Part shown: positions 27,384-36,344 of the stretch, one piece after another | Layout of the letters: each line of letters starts with the position of its first letter | Numbering within the stretch: the stretch's first letter is position 1 | Assembly: GCA_947084985.1 (NCBI GenBank) | Contig: CAMTUI010000023.1 | Span: 25,724-89,723 of the forward strand | DNA from: Methanobacteriota archaeon | GTDB lineage: Archaea; Thermoplasmatota; Thermoplasmata; RBG-16-68-12 | Length of the DNA: 64,000 nucleotides | Direction of reading: 5' to 3' | Translations under genes and position numbers: made by a program | The notes under the pieces: model-generated | Database searches by the model: none | Seen by the model: the letters and a program-made list of their open reading frames with translations, nothing else | Told to the model about the DNA's origin: nothing

Positions 27384-27778
27384 TCCCCCACCTTCCTCAC
27401 GATCTTCCGCGTGCCGTCCAGGTCGCCTTCGAACCGCGGGAGGCGCACCACGTCCGTGCGGAGACCGCGCCGGCGGCACTCCTCGATGATCCGCTCCTCG
27501 TTGTGGATCTGATCGAACCCGAGGACGATGATGTCCGGACGGATCTCGTCCAGGATGTCGTAGATGTTCCCCTCGTGGCCGAGGAGCGCGCGGTCCACGG
27601 GCTTGAGGGCGTCGACCATCTGGAGCCTCGATTGCTCGGAGGTGATCGGTTCGTGCTTGAACTTCCGCGCAGTAGTGTCCCGCGCCACGACCACGACGAG
27701 CTCATCGCCGAGCTTCCGCGCCTCGCGGAGGAAATACACATGACCGGGATGGAGGAGATCGAAGACCCCCGTCGCCAT
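27287..27778 (-). CDS. ribL: FAD synthetase (FMN adenylyltransferase), archaeal RibL type
   Basis: GVFDLLHPGH nucleotidyltransferase motif. ATG at 27778 overlaps the ribB stop. Basic C-terminal tail. Confidence 0.8.
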   Translation of the reverse strand: MATGVFDLLHPGHVYFLREARKLGDELVVVVARDTTARKFKHEPITSEQSRLQMVDALKPVDRALLGHEGNIYDILDEIRPDIIVLGFDQIHNEERIIEECRRRGLRTDVVRLPRFEGDLDGTRKIVRKVGEWLALQKGPARGARANPRGDGRATSRKRKRRA

Positions 27779-28476
27779 TACGCGGACCACGAACGCCACG
27801 CTCGGACGATGTCCTGCCCTTCCAGGAAGACGAGATTCCTATCTCGCGCATATGCCTTTGCATCCTCCTTGGAGAGGGCCCGTCCATCGTCCGCCATCAT
27901 CTCGCAGATCGTCGCTGTGGGAGCGAGTCCCGCCATGGCCGTGAGGGCCGTAGCGAGCTCCGTGTGGCCGCGCCGGTCGACCAGGAGAGGGTCCGACGCG
28001 TTCAGCAGGGGCACGTGCCCGGGCGAACGGAATTCGCGCGCGAACACGTGTGCCGCCCATCCGTTCTCGCGCTTGATCGCTTCCCTCGAGATCTCCGCGA
28101 GGCGGGCGATCGTCCTCGCGCGGTCGATGTCCGTCACGCCCGTGAACGTGTCGCGGTGGTTCACCGTGATCGAGAAGGCGCTATGCCGATCGTACCGCAT
28201 GTCCTCCGTCGAGACTTCGCCGAGGATGGGGTACGCGGCCCGCGCGCTTCGCAGGACGTCGGCCATGTACGGCAGCCCGAGGCGGGAGTGGAGCTCCGCG
28301 GCGAGGGTCACGCAGATCAGGCCGCCCGCTTCCTTCCGCAAGGTGCGGATCGCGGCCGGAGACACGAACTCGCTCGCGATCGTCAGGTCCGTCTCCTCCT
28401 CGCGACCGTCGCCGTCATAAATCAGGACGAATTCCCCGCGGCGGAGCGCGGCGAGGGCCGGCTCGAGATCAGCCAC
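27778..28476 (-). CDS. ribB: 3,4-dihydroxy-2-butanone 4-phosphate synthase (GTG start)
   Basis: LIYDGDGREEETDLTIASE and the remaining DHBP synthase sequence. TATA-like GAAATATC about 25 nt upstream of GTG 28476. Confidence 0.85.
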   Translation of the reverse strand: MADLEPALAALRRGEFVLIYDGDGREEETDLTIASEFVSPAAIRTLRKEAGGLICVTLAAELHSRLGLPYMADVLRSARAAYPILGEVSTEDMRYDRHSAFSITVNHRDTFTGVTDIDRARTIARLAEISREAIKRENGWAAHVFAREFRSPGHVPLLNASDPLLVDRRGHTELATALTAMAGLAPTATICEMMADDGRALSKEDAKAYARDRNLVFLEGQDIVRAWRSWSA

Positions 28477-28573
28477 GGTCGATGGGAGCCTGCCGCGATA
28501 TTTCAAGATTATTGTAGAAACCAGGTTATTGGTAAAATCGACCGAAGGCACAGGCCTTATCCTGACGGGGCCG

Positions 28574-29635
28574 ATGCGGAACGAGATGCTCGAAGCGGAC
28601 GCGGTCGCGCGGAACGACCCGGGCAAGATGCGCGACATCATCGCGTCGCTGCCGGAGCAGCTCGTGTCGGGGATGCGCCTAGGCCTCGGCTCCGCCGTGG
28701 AGCTGGGCGAGGCGCAGCGCGTCTTCCTCGTCGGCATGGGCGGGTCCGCGATCGCGGGGGACGTGTTCGCGGCGTGGGTCGCGGACCGGTCGAAGGTCCC
28801 GATCCAAATCGTGCGTGACTACCGCTTGCCCTCATACGCGAGATCGGAGGATGTCCTCGTGGCCGTGAGCTACTCCGGAAAGACGGAGGAGACCCTCGCG
28901 GCCGCGACGCAGGGGATGAAGCTCGGATGTCGGATCGTCGCGATCACGTCGGGCGGTGCGCTACGGGATCTCGCTCGCAAGAACCGCATGCCCCTATTTG
29001 AGGTGCCGCCCGGACTGCCGCCGCGCGGGGCCTTTGGCCATCTCTTCGGCATCCTTCCCTCCATCGGGGAGGAGTGGGTCTACGGGGACCTCCGAGGGGA
29101 ACTCGACCGGGCCGTCGGGCATCTGCGGGAGCTGCGCACGCGCTTGCACCCAGACGCGGGGATCCGTTCGAATCGCGCGAAGTCCCTCGCGGTGCGCCTC
29201 CGTGCCTCCGTCCCGACGATCTACGCGGCACCTCCCTTCACGCCGATCGCGAAGCGATGGCAGACGCAGTTCAATGAGAACGCAAAGGTGCTCGCCTTCT
29301 CCTCCTCGTTTCCTGAGGCGGACCACAACGAGCTCGTGGGATGGTGTGAGGATCCCCGCGCGCGCCGCTATTCCCCGATTCTGATCCGCGATCGGGACGA
29401 ATCCCCGGAGTTGCGGAAGCAGCTCGACATCACCGTCGCGCTCATGTCACGCCACACGACGGTCCTCGAGGTTGAGGACGATGGGGAGACGCTCCTCGCG
29501 AGACTCCTCGGGTCGTTGTTCCTGGGGGACTATGTGAGTCTCTACCTCGCGGCCCTGCGTCGGGTCGACCCGCTCCCGCTCAAGCCGATCACGGAACTGA
29601 AGTCGAAGCTCGCCCGCGGCCATCGAAAAAACTGA
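28574..29635 (+). CDS. Bifunctional phosphoglucose/phosphomannose isomerase (SIS domain)
   Basis: SIS motifs VFLVGMGGSAIAGD and VAVSYSGKTEET; archaeal PGI/PMI-like. Start could be the upstream TTG at 28529. Confidence 0.7.
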   Translation: MRNEMLEADAVARNDPGKMRDIIASLPEQLVSGMRLGLGSAVELGEAQRVFLVGMGGSAIAGDVFAAWVADRSKVPIQIVRDYRLPSYARSEDVLVAVSYSGKTEETLAAATQGMKLGCRIVAITSGGALRDLARKNRMPLFEVPPGLPPRGAFGHLFGILPSIGEEWVYGDLRGELDRAVGHLRELRTRLHPDAGIRSNRAKSLAVRLRASVPTIYAAPPFTPIAKRWQTQFNENAKVLAFSSSFPEADHNELVGWCEDPRARRYSPILIRDRDESPELRKQLDITVALMSRHTTVLEVEDDGETLLARLLGSLFLGDYVSLYLAALRRVDPLPLKPITELKSKLARGHRKN

Positions 29636-29669
29636 ACGCCGGGAGGGAGACTTTCAGGCAGCCGTCACC

Positions 29670-29757
29670 AGAGCGGCGGGGGGCCCTTTGAACTCCCGAG
29701 GGCTCGCGCCCACCAGCTCTCCATGTTGGCGCCCTACCGGACTATCCCGGCCAGCCT
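29670..29757 (-). pseudogene. Degenerate tRNA-Ser-like sequence (D-arm-like and T-arm-like segments preserved, no complete cloverleaf)
   Basis: Minus-strand GGGATAGTCCGGTAGGGCGCC vs tRNA-Ser D-arm GCCTAGCTCGGTAGGGCGCG. CTCGGGAGTTCAAAG vs T-arm CTCGGGAGTTCGAATC. About 24/32 identities over the 3' half. Confidence 0.3.
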
Positions 29758-29911
29758 TACGGGAGCGGAAACGTCCAGTTTGAACCGCCCAAGGACTGAT
29801 ATTTGTAGCAGAATAGGCCAAAAGCGAGACAGTCCCGGCCCGTCGCCCCGAGCGGATGGATAAGGAAGTTGCCACCTCCGTTCGAGCGAGCACGTCACGA
29901 CGACGTCTTGA

Positions 29912-30511
29912 TTGGGTTTGGGACCATCGCGCACAGCCGTGTGGTCTCTCGCGTACGTCACCCTACTTGGATTCCCCTCGGTCGGCGTTTTGGCGGCTTA
30001 CGCCGCAGCGCTGCACTCTTGGCAACGGACTCTGATCAGATTTCCGCCGAGTCCTGATGTCCGAGGCTCTCGGGGCAAGATAACTGCCCTCATGGCGCTC
30101 CCGATTCCTTTGGTCGTCTTCGGGATCGTTCTTTTGTTTCTACTATTCGGAGAGGAGATCCCTGAGACCGTGGCCCAGCCCGCCGCCCTGGCCTACGGGG
30201 TCCCGGCGTTTCTCTCCGGAACAGGCATCGCCATCATCTACACGCGGATCTTCACGCCTGCGGTGTTCACGAAGGAAGGGTATGGCCGGGTCATGCCTCT
30301 GGCCGTGATGCCCCTCACCTCGGCGATATTTGGCCTCGTCATCTCCTTCCTATTGATTGGCGGTGCGTCGAACCCTGCCAAGTCCACAGCGTGGACCACC
30401 GAGACGGTGTGGCTGGCATCGGCTCTCCATGATTGGGGGCATCGGGAGTCCTGTCAGTGCTTGGTTCGCAGTTTCGGCGTGGGACTTCAAGACCAAGGAA
30501 ACGTGGCCTAG
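29912..30511 (+). CDS. Membrane protein (4-5 TM); may continue in another frame into 30357..30698 (possible frameshift)
   Basis: Hydrophobic ORF. An overlapping +1-frame ORF, 30357..30698, continues the membrane-protein character. Confidence 0.4.
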   Translation: MGLGPSRTAVWSLAYVTLLGFPSVGVLAAYAAALHSWQRTLIRFPPSPDVRGSRGKITALMALPIPLVVFGIVLLFLLFGEEIPETVAQPAALAYGVPAFLSGTGIAIIYTRIFTPAVFTKEGYGRVMPLAVMPLTSAIFGLVISFLLIGGASNPAKSTAWTTETVWLASALHDWGHRESCQCLVRSFGVGLQDQGNVA

Positions 30512-30698
30512 GGCTCTCGCGGGGTCGGCACACGGTGGTTATGTCACTGTGGTTTGCCTCGCCCTTGCGATGGCCCTGCTCCGGCAGTGGCTCCTCTTGC
30601 TTTTCATGGTCCTCTACTTTGGAGCTGCCATCGCGCTCGGGATAGGGCTGTTCTTCCGAGCCCGACACAAACGACTGCGAGCGATGCGACCCTCGTAA
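30357..30698 (+). CDS. Membrane protein fragment; possible 3' part of a frameshifted gene with 29912..30511
   Basis: 113-aa hydrophobic ORF overlapping the previous ORF by 155 nt in a different frame. Confidence 0.3.
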   Translation: MAVRRTLPSPQRGPPRRCGWHRLSMIGGIGSPVSAWFAVSAWDFKTKETWPRALAGSAHGGYVTVVCLALAMALLRQWLLLLFMVLYFGAAIALGIGLFFRARHKRLRAMRPS

Positions 30699-30767
30699 TG
30701 CGGCCGTACAAGGCACCACGCTCACGCGCCCCGAGCGGACTCGACCGTCACCGCGACTAGGAGGCGA

Positions 30768-30874
30768 CGCCGCGGGGGAGATTCGAACTCCCGAGGCCTT
30801 GCGGCCACGGCGTGGCTGGCGGCGGTTTGCCGCCGACTCCAGCGCCGCGCCCTACCGAGCTAGGCGACCGCGGC
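30768..30874 (-). tRNA. tRNA-Ser (anticodon GGA), type II, with ~23-nt intron at the canonical 37/38 position
   Basis: Acceptor GCCGCGG/CCGCGGC with discriminator G. D-arm GCC-TAGCTCGGTAG-GGC. Anticodon stem CGGCG...CGCCG only after removing TCGGCGGCAAACCGCCGCCAGCC. Loop CTGGAG|A. Variable arm TGGCCGCAAGGCCTC. T-arm GGGAGTTCGAATCTCCC. No encoded CCA. Confidence 0.7.
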
Positions 30875-31018
30875 ATGTTTTGCTAGGATTCCGTTCCACA
30901 GGACCATTGGGAAGGAGAGTCGGGCGGAATCTATCGGACCAGGCGACCTCGGCACCCAGCATCGCGCCCATCGGCTCCGCCGTAATAAAGATTCTCCGCG
31001 ACCGCGCGAGCGCGAGAA

Positions 31019-31975
31019 TCATTTCCAGAGTTTCGGGTACGTCCCGGGGTCCATGAGGACGCGTTGCGTGTCTGCGGACACGCCGGATTTCGCGATCACG
31101 ATCTCGTCCGTCGTCATGAGGGCCTTCGCGAGCGCGACCGCCTCCCCTTTCCCCGTGTACACGCCGACGGAGTCCCCGCGGCGGATGTGCGGCGAGAGCT
31201 TCGCGACTCCGGGGACGGCGAGGTTCGCCCCGTGGCAGAGCGCGTCGACCGCGGTGTCCTTGATGACAATCGTCGGGAGATGCGCGAGGAGGGATTCGAC
31301 CGGGCGGAGGAGCGCGCGGACGGGCTCCGAGTTCCCGTCGTCCTTCCAGAACGTGAGCGCATCCCGGAAGTCATTCAGCGGATGGGCCTCCGCCTCCGCG
31401 AAGGTCGCCGTGCGCGTGCGTCGCAGGTCCACCATGTTTGCCCCGACGCCGAGGGCGTCCCCGATGTCCACGCACAGGGTGCGGATGTACGTGCCGGATT
31501 CGCACCGCACCCGGAACAGCACGTTGCGTCCATCGATCTCCAGGGGCTCGAGGTCGTACACGTGGCGCGTCCGTTGCTCCCGCTTGACCGCCGCGCGGAC
31601 CGGCGGAGTCTGGTAGATCTCTCCGACGAAGCGGGCGATCATCGACCGGATGCGGCGCTCCTCGACGTCTTGGTGAAGCTGCATCACGCCGACGTACTCC
31701 TTGTCTCCCGCGAGGACGGCCTCGAGGGCCCGGGTGGCATGCGCAAGGCCCACCGGAAGGACGCCGGTCACACGCGGGTCCAGCGTCCCCGAGTGCCCGG
31801 CCTTCGGAACACCGAACATGTCGCGCACCCACGCGCTGACCTGGTGCGACGTCGGCCCGGCGGGCTTGTCGACCACGGCGACGCCGAGGCGGATCCGTTC
31901 TTCGATCGTCCGCTCTTCGGGACGCTTCCCGTGCTTGGAATCCGGGGTATCGTGCAGGATGACGAGGTCGCTCAT
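31019..31975 (-). CDS. cbf5: tRNA pseudouridine synthase B / H/ACA RNP catalytic subunit with PUA domain
   Basis: TruB motif HSGTLDP, PUA domain at the C-terminus. ATG at 31975 overlaps the cmk stop (ATGA). Confidence 0.9.
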   Translation of the reverse strand: MSDLVILHDTPDSKHGKRPEERTIEERIRLGVAVVDKPAGPTSHQVSAWVRDMFGVPKAGHSGTLDPRVTGVLPVGLAHATRALEAVLAGDKEYVGVMQLHQDVEERRIRSMIARFVGEIYQTPPVRAAVKREQRTRHVYDLEPLEIDGRNVLFRVRCESGTYIRTLCVDIGDALGVGANMVDLRRTRTATFAEAEAHPLNDFRDALTFWKDDGNSEPVRALLRPVESLLAHLPTIVIKDTAVDALCHGANLAVPGVAKLSPHIRRGDSVGVYTGKGEAVALAKALMTTDEIVIAKSGVSADTQRVLMDPGTYPKLWK

Positions 31976-32511
31976 CCCGCCACCCGGGACGCGATGAGGG
32001 CGACGATCTCGTCGGGGGTCTTGCGCGCGGAGTCGATCACGACGTCGAAGAGGCGCGTGTCCTTCAGGTCGATTCCGTAGATCGACTTGTATCGGGCGCG
32101 CTCCGACCGCTCCCGTGCCGTGATCTCGCTCTTCGCCGCCTCGACCGATTTCTTCTCCCGACCCGCGATCCGCTCCGCGCGAACGTCGAGGGGGGCGTCG
32201 ATGAGGACCTTGAGGCACTCGACATGGCGTTGTGCGAAGAGGTACGCCTGGATCCGACCGTCGACGACCACGTTGCGCCCGTTCGACGCATTCGACTCGA
32301 TCTCCTCGTACACCGCGCGATCGAGAGATCGATCGATCTCCGGGTCGGCCTCCGCGAGGCGCCCGAGCTCCTCGAGGGACAGGCCGCGCTCCTTCGCCAT
32401 CGCGCGGAACCGCATCCCCGCGCTCACGAGCGCGTACCCGCGAACCTTCGACCAGCGTTCCGCCACCGTCGTCTTGCCGCTGCCGGGCGGTCCTCCGATC
32501 ACAAGGATCAT
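31972..32511 (-). CDS. cmk: Cytidylate kinase (archaeal type)
   Basis: P-loop ILVIGGPPGSGKTT. Confidence 0.85.
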   Translation of the reverse strand: MILVIGGPPGSGKTTVAERWSKVRGYALVSAGMRFRAMAKERGLSLEELGRLAEADPEIDRSLDRAVYEEIESNASNGRNVVVDGRIQAYLFAQRHVECLKVLIDAPLDVRAERIAGREKKSVEAAKSEITARERSERARYKSIYGIDLKDTRLFDVVIDSARKTPDEIVALIASRVAG

Positions 32512-32521
32512 CCGCGACCCC

Positions 32522-33352
32522 TCAGGCACCGTCGCCCGCTTCCGCACGGAGCGGCACACCCATCGACTCGAGGCGCCGCTTGAAGCGGATGTACTTCAGG
32601 ACGCGGGTGATGATCTGCCCAAACGGGATCGCGAGGAGGGAGTAGAGGAGGACCCATGATGGAAAGACGTACACGGAGTTCAGGTACACGTGGTTGGACC
32701 AGGGCACCGCAATCCATTGGTTGCCGAGATCCAGGAGGACGATGTCGACGAAGAGCCGGAGCCACGTGAAGATCACGATGAACATGAACATCGTCCAGGC
32801 CATGGACTTCAGGGGCGTCGTCTGCATCTCCATCGAGTCCTTGAGGAACCCTTGCTGGGCCTCCTTCAGCTTCTCCAGCTTCGTCGTCTGCCCCTTGCGG
32901 ACCGCGTCCATCTGTTCCTTCCGCCACGCGGACATGATTTTCTGCGTCCGGGCCATCTTCACCCAGTTCGTGTAGTGGTCCCGGATGATCGAGGAGACCG
33001 TCGTCGTTAGCATCCCGGCGAGGAGGATCGTCAGGACCGGGAGGGTGCCCCCGAAGCCGATCGCGGGCATCAGGGCGACGTTCGCGATCGCGGCGAAGGC
33101 CTTGCCCAGCTCTTGATCGATGAGCGCCCAAACCGCGAGGAGGCCCAGAAAGATCATGATGAAGCGCGAAAGGCTGGGCCGGTTGAACTTCAGCGCGGGT
33201 CGTGCCGCTTCCGTGGGTTCCGCCGTCTCCGCCGAGCCCGGATCATCGGCCACGGGTTCGCCAATGGACCTCGCGATATAAGGATTGTGCAACCCGAGTG
33301 GAATTCCTCGTATGGCGGGAGAGAATTCTAATCTCTGCAGATGCCTCGCCAT
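32522..33352 (-). CDS. DUF106-family membrane protein (archaeal YidC/Oxa1/EMC3-like insertase homolog)
   Basis: 3 TM helices with a coiled-coil cytoplasmic loop (KMARTQKIMSAWRKEQMDAVRKGQTTKLEKLKEAQQ), typical of DUF106. Confidence 0.65.
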   Translation of the reverse strand: MARHLQRLEFSPAIRGIPLGLHNPYIARSIGEPVADDPGSAETAEPTEAARPALKFNRPSLSRFIMIFLGLLAVWALIDQELGKAFAAIANVALMPAIGFGGTLPVLTILLAGMLTTTVSSIIRDHYTNWVKMARTQKIMSAWRKEQMDAVRKGQTTKLEKLKEAQQGFLKDSMEMQTTPLKSMAWTMFMFIVIFTWLRLFVDIVLLDLGNQWIAVPWSNHVYLNSVYVFPSWVLLYSLLAIPFGQIITRVLKYIRFKRRLESMGVPLRAEAGDGA

Positions 33353-33365
33353 GCCCGGGACATAG

Positions 33366-33671
33366 ATGATTGCGCGCCTATGGCATGGACGGACGGCGGC
33401 CTCGCGAGCGGATGACTACTTCGAGTACCTCAAGCGGATGGGTCTCGACGACTACTCGAGGACGGAGGGGAACCGCGGCGTTTACGTCCGGAGACGGATC
33501 GAGGGGGGCCATGCGGACTTCCTCCTCGTCTCCCTTTGGGACTCAATCGAGGCGATCCGCCGCTTCGCGGGGCCGGACATCGAGAAGGCCGTGTACTACC
33601 CCGAGGACCGGGACTTCCTGACGGAACTGAAGCCGAACGTGTCCAACGACGAAATCCTCGCCGCGCCCTGA
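33366..33671 (+). CDS. Small ABM-like (antibiotic biosynthesis monooxygenase fold) protein
   Basis: 101-aa ORF; ferredoxin-like alpha+beta pattern. Weak call. Confidence 0.4.
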   Translation: MIARLWHGRTAASRADDYFEYLKRMGLDDYSRTEGNRGVYVRRRIEGGHADFLLVSLWDSIEAIRRFAGPDIEKAVYYPEDRDFLTELKPNVSNDEILAAP

Positions 33672-33686
33672 CGCCGACGGGAGTCG

Positions 33687-34055
33687 TCAACCGCCTTCGG
33701 GGGTCGCTGGAGGCCCGCCCAGGGCCGCCTGGATCTTCTCGCCGAGGCCCTCGTACCGCTCCGCGAAGGATTTCTCCTGCTTCTGGAGGGATTTCACGCG
33801 GATCGTGAGGGTCTCCTTGTGCTCTTCGAGTTCCTTCTTCAGCGCGTCCCGGTCGTCTTGGCGGACGAGGAGCATGCCGATGCTCTTGTAGATCGGCGTG
33901 TCGCCGGAGATCTTGTTCAACTCTTCGAGCGTCCCGTCGATCTCGCGCAGCTTCGCTTCGAGCTGGACGCGCTGCGAGGCGAGGACCTGGAGTTGCTGCT
34001 GGAGTTGCTGGTACTGCGCGATCTGGTTCTGGAGCTGCGGGGAGAGTTCCTTCAT
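33687..34055 (-). CDS. pfdB: Prefoldin beta subunit
   Basis: Coiled-coil QLQNQIAQYQQLQQQLQVL ... beta hairpin ... coiled coil; 122 aa. Confidence 0.8.
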   Translation of the reverse strand: MKELSPQLQNQIAQYQQLQQQLQVLASQRVQLEAKLREIDGTLEELNKISGDTPIYKSIGMLLVRQDDRDALKKELEEHKETLTIRVKSLQKQEKSFAERYEGLGEKIQAALGGPPATPEGG

Positions 34056-34285
34056 GAGGTCACCTCGCGGCGCACGCGGGCGGCCACGTCGGCCCAGCGA
34101 AGATACGAATTCACAGCGGCGCGCAGCGCGCTCGTGTCTTCGGCGTCGATCGTCAGCGTGAGGCGGTTCCGGGCGTATCGCATGGAGACGCGGGCCTTAG
34201 GCACGTCGCGTCCCGTCTCCGGTCGGAGAACCTCGTGTACGATCCGCGCATCGGGACCTTCGACGAGGATCGTTGCGCGTCGCAT
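34052..34285 (-). CDS. pcc1: KEOPS complex subunit Pcc1
   Basis: About 77 aa. TSALRAAVNSYLRW motif typical of Pcc1/CTAG. Conserved position next to prefoldin and rpoP. Confidence 0.6.
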   Translation of the reverse strand: MRRATILVEGPDARIVHEVLRPETGRDVPKARVSMRYARNRLTLTIDAEDTSALRAAVNSYLRWADVAARVRREVTS

Positions 34286-34287
34286 GG

Positions 34288-34422
34288 TCACCGCGCCTTG
34301 ACGATCTTCTTGACGTTCGGCCGCTCCTTGTAGAAGATCTTGGACCCGCACCGCTCGCACTGGATCCCGACCGTGTTGATGTTCGTCCGAATCGGCTCGA
34401 GGCACTTCGCGCACTTGTACAC
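34288..34422 (-). CDS. rpoP: DNA-directed RNA polymerase subunit P (Rpb12/RPC10), GTG start
   Basis: VYKCAKCLEPIRTNINTVGIQCERCGSKIFYKERP zinc ribbon. GGAGG sits 7 nt upstream of the GTG. Confidence 0.85.
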   Translation of the reverse strand: MYKCAKCLEPIRTNINTVGIQCERCGSKIFYKERPNVKKIVKAR

Positions 34423-34424
34423 GC

Positions 34425-34712
34425 TCAGGCCTCCTTTGACTTGGCCTCGGCGCCCTCGTCCGGCTCCTGAATCTCCCGCTTGAACGACGTCGTGATGATC
34501 GGTCGGTACGCTCCGCCCGCGAAGACGTGGCCACAGTGCCGGCAGGCCCAGACGCCGGTCGACTTGCGGCGCACGGCGACGGCCTGGCATTTCGGACACG
34601 TATGGCGGGTCCTCAGGCCCTCCTCGATCTCCTGCACGCGCCGCCGGATGCGGACGCCGTAGCGGGGCCCGAACCGGGCCACGATGCCGGACTTCCGAGT
34701 GCGACGAGCCAT
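34425..34712 (-). CDS. rpl37ae: 50S ribosomal protein L37Ae (eL43)
   Basis: MARRTRKSGIVARFGPRYG...CPKCQ...CRHCG. Confidence 0.9.
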   Translation of the reverse strand: MARRTRKSGIVARFGPRYGVRIRRRVQEIEEGLRTRHTCPKCQAVAVRRKSTGVWACRHCGHVFAGGAYRPIITTSFKREIQEPDEGAEAKSKEA

Positions 34713-34720
34713 GATCGACC

Positions 34721-35500
34721 TCAAGAGGGCTGAAGGAACGGACGAATCGATCGACCGACGCGCTGGCTGATCTCGATAATCCGCTTGACTTCGTCGTAAG
34801 TGAAGCTTCCACTTAAGCCTTTTTGCATCGCCCGGACATCACCGTTTTCATCCGTCGTCACGGTGAGGCGCGCGTCGGCCATCCGCCCCTCGTCGAGGTT
34901 CGGATCCACGAGCAGGACGTCCTTGATCTTCGACACGGTCACGCTCACCGGCCAGTGCTGGACGGGCAGCGGGAAATCGTCGCCGACGCCAAAGTTCTTC
35001 GCGGGGACGATTGTCGACCCGAGGGCCGCCGTGGCTGCGTACGAGCAGGCGTCGAACAAGTTTCCGTCGTAGTCGAGGACGTGAATGTCGATGAACATGA
35101 CCCAGACCTTCTCCTTCGGGATGATGCACATCTTCTTCATGTCAACCATCTTCGACTCGCGGATGCCGCGGTCGACGACACGGGCGAGCTCGATCGCTTC
35201 GGGCCGGGGCGGGCCCGCTTCGAAGGTCGGGCTGGCCATGGGGATGAGCTCGACGCTCGTCGACAGCACGCCCGAGTTTGGGGTGTCGGGATAGGGTTCC
35301 CCGACGGACATCTTGATGCCCACCAGGACGTCCGTGTTCCCGAGGCGCACGCGGGCGCTGCCTTCCGCGGTCTTCACGAAGGCCCGCTCCACGGTGACCT
35401 TGCGGGGCTCGTCGAGCGCGCGGCCGTCGAGCCGCTGGCCCGTCGACGCGAGGCGGTACACGTGGGCGCGCATGAGTTCCGAGACGACTTCTTCGGCCAT
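34721..35500 (-). CDS. rrp42: Exosome complex component Rrp42 (RNase PH-like)
   Basis: RNase PH fold, RLDGRALDEPRKV N-terminus. Confidence 0.85.
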   Translation of the reverse strand: MAEEVVSELMRAHVYRLASTGQRLDGRALDEPRKVTVERAFVKTAEGSARVRLGNTDVLVGIKMSVGEPYPDTPNSGVLSTSVELIPMASPTFEAGPPRPEAIELARVVDRGIRESKMVDMKKMCIIPKEKVWVMFIDIHVLDYDGNLFDACSYAATAALGSTIVPAKNFGVGDDFPLPVQHWPVSVTVSKIKDVLLVDPNLDEGRMADARLTVTTDENGDVRAMQKGLSGSFTYDEVKRIIEISQRVGRSIRPFLQPS

Positions 35501-36331
35501 TCAGATCCCCTCCGGGCCCAGGTCGAAGTCCGACGGGGCCGGTTCCATCCGCTCTCCTGACGGCGCGGCAGGAGGCGATTCCTTCAGGATGTCCTCAAGC
35601 GTCACGGAATAGCGGCGGCGGAGCGCGTCCCGCTGTAAGTCGTAGATGCGGTGCGCTGCGGCGATCGAAAGGTCCATCGCCTTCTGGAACTCCTCGTACG
35701 TCAGATGGCCGTCCATCTGCAGCAGGACGATCTCGCCGGTGCGGGGGACGATTGCCATGGGACAATCCGCGTCTCCGAAGTTGTCCTCGTCCTTGTTCAG
35801 GTCGAGGCACACGATGCCTTCGATTTTGCCGCTCGCGCACGAGGTGACGAGGTCCCGCATCGGCACGCCGGCATCGGCGAGGGCGACGCTCGCGGCCGTG
35901 AGGCCGGCGCAGCGGGTCCCGGCTTCCGCTTGGAGGACCTCGATGAAGATGTCCACGGAGGTGCGGGGGAACTGCTCCTTGAACACGACGGCGGAGAAGG
36001 CCTCCGAGATGACCTTCGAAATCTCGACGGACCGTCGGTCCGGGCCGGGTCGCTTGCGGTCGGAAACACTGAACGGCGCCATGTTGTACCGACACTGGAC
36101 GAGGGCGCGAGCCGGATCCTGGAGATGCCTCGGGTGGGCCTCCCGCGGGCCGTAGACGGCCGCGAGGACCTTGTTCCCGCCCCATTCGATGTACGCGCTG
36201 CCGTCCGCGCGTCGCAGAACGCCCGCTTCAATCCGGATCGGGCGCAGCTCGTCGAATTTGCGGCCGTCCAAGCGCCGGCCGGAGTCGTCGATCAATTTCA
36301 CTTGTTTCTCTATGTGCTCGATATCTTCCAT
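35501..36331 (-). CDS. rrp41: Exosome complex exonuclease Rrp41
   Basis: [44 protein letters not shown]. Confidence 0.9.
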   Translation of the reverse strand: MEDIEHIEKQVKLIDDSGRRLDGRKFDELRPIRIEAGVLRRADGSAYIEWGGNKVLAAVYGPREAHPRHLQDPARALVQCRYNMAPFSVSDRKRPGPDRRSVEISKVISEAFSAVVFKEQFPRTSVDIFIEVLQAEAGTRCAGLTAASVALADAGVPMRDLVTSCASGKIEGIVCLDLNKDEDNFGDADCPMAIVPRTGEIVLLQMDGHLTYEEFQKAMDLSIAAAHRIYDLQRDALRRRYSVTLEDILKESPPAAPSGERMEPAPSDFDLGPEGI

Positions 36332-36344
36332 GCATGTCACTTCC

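Noticed and set aside
29636-29911. Possible SRP RNA or RNase P RNA in the non-coding stretch after the pgi-like gene
   Set aside because: I could not find helix-8 or P4 consensus strings. The stretch is better explained as a tRNA-like remnant plus promoter, and is reported as a finding instead.
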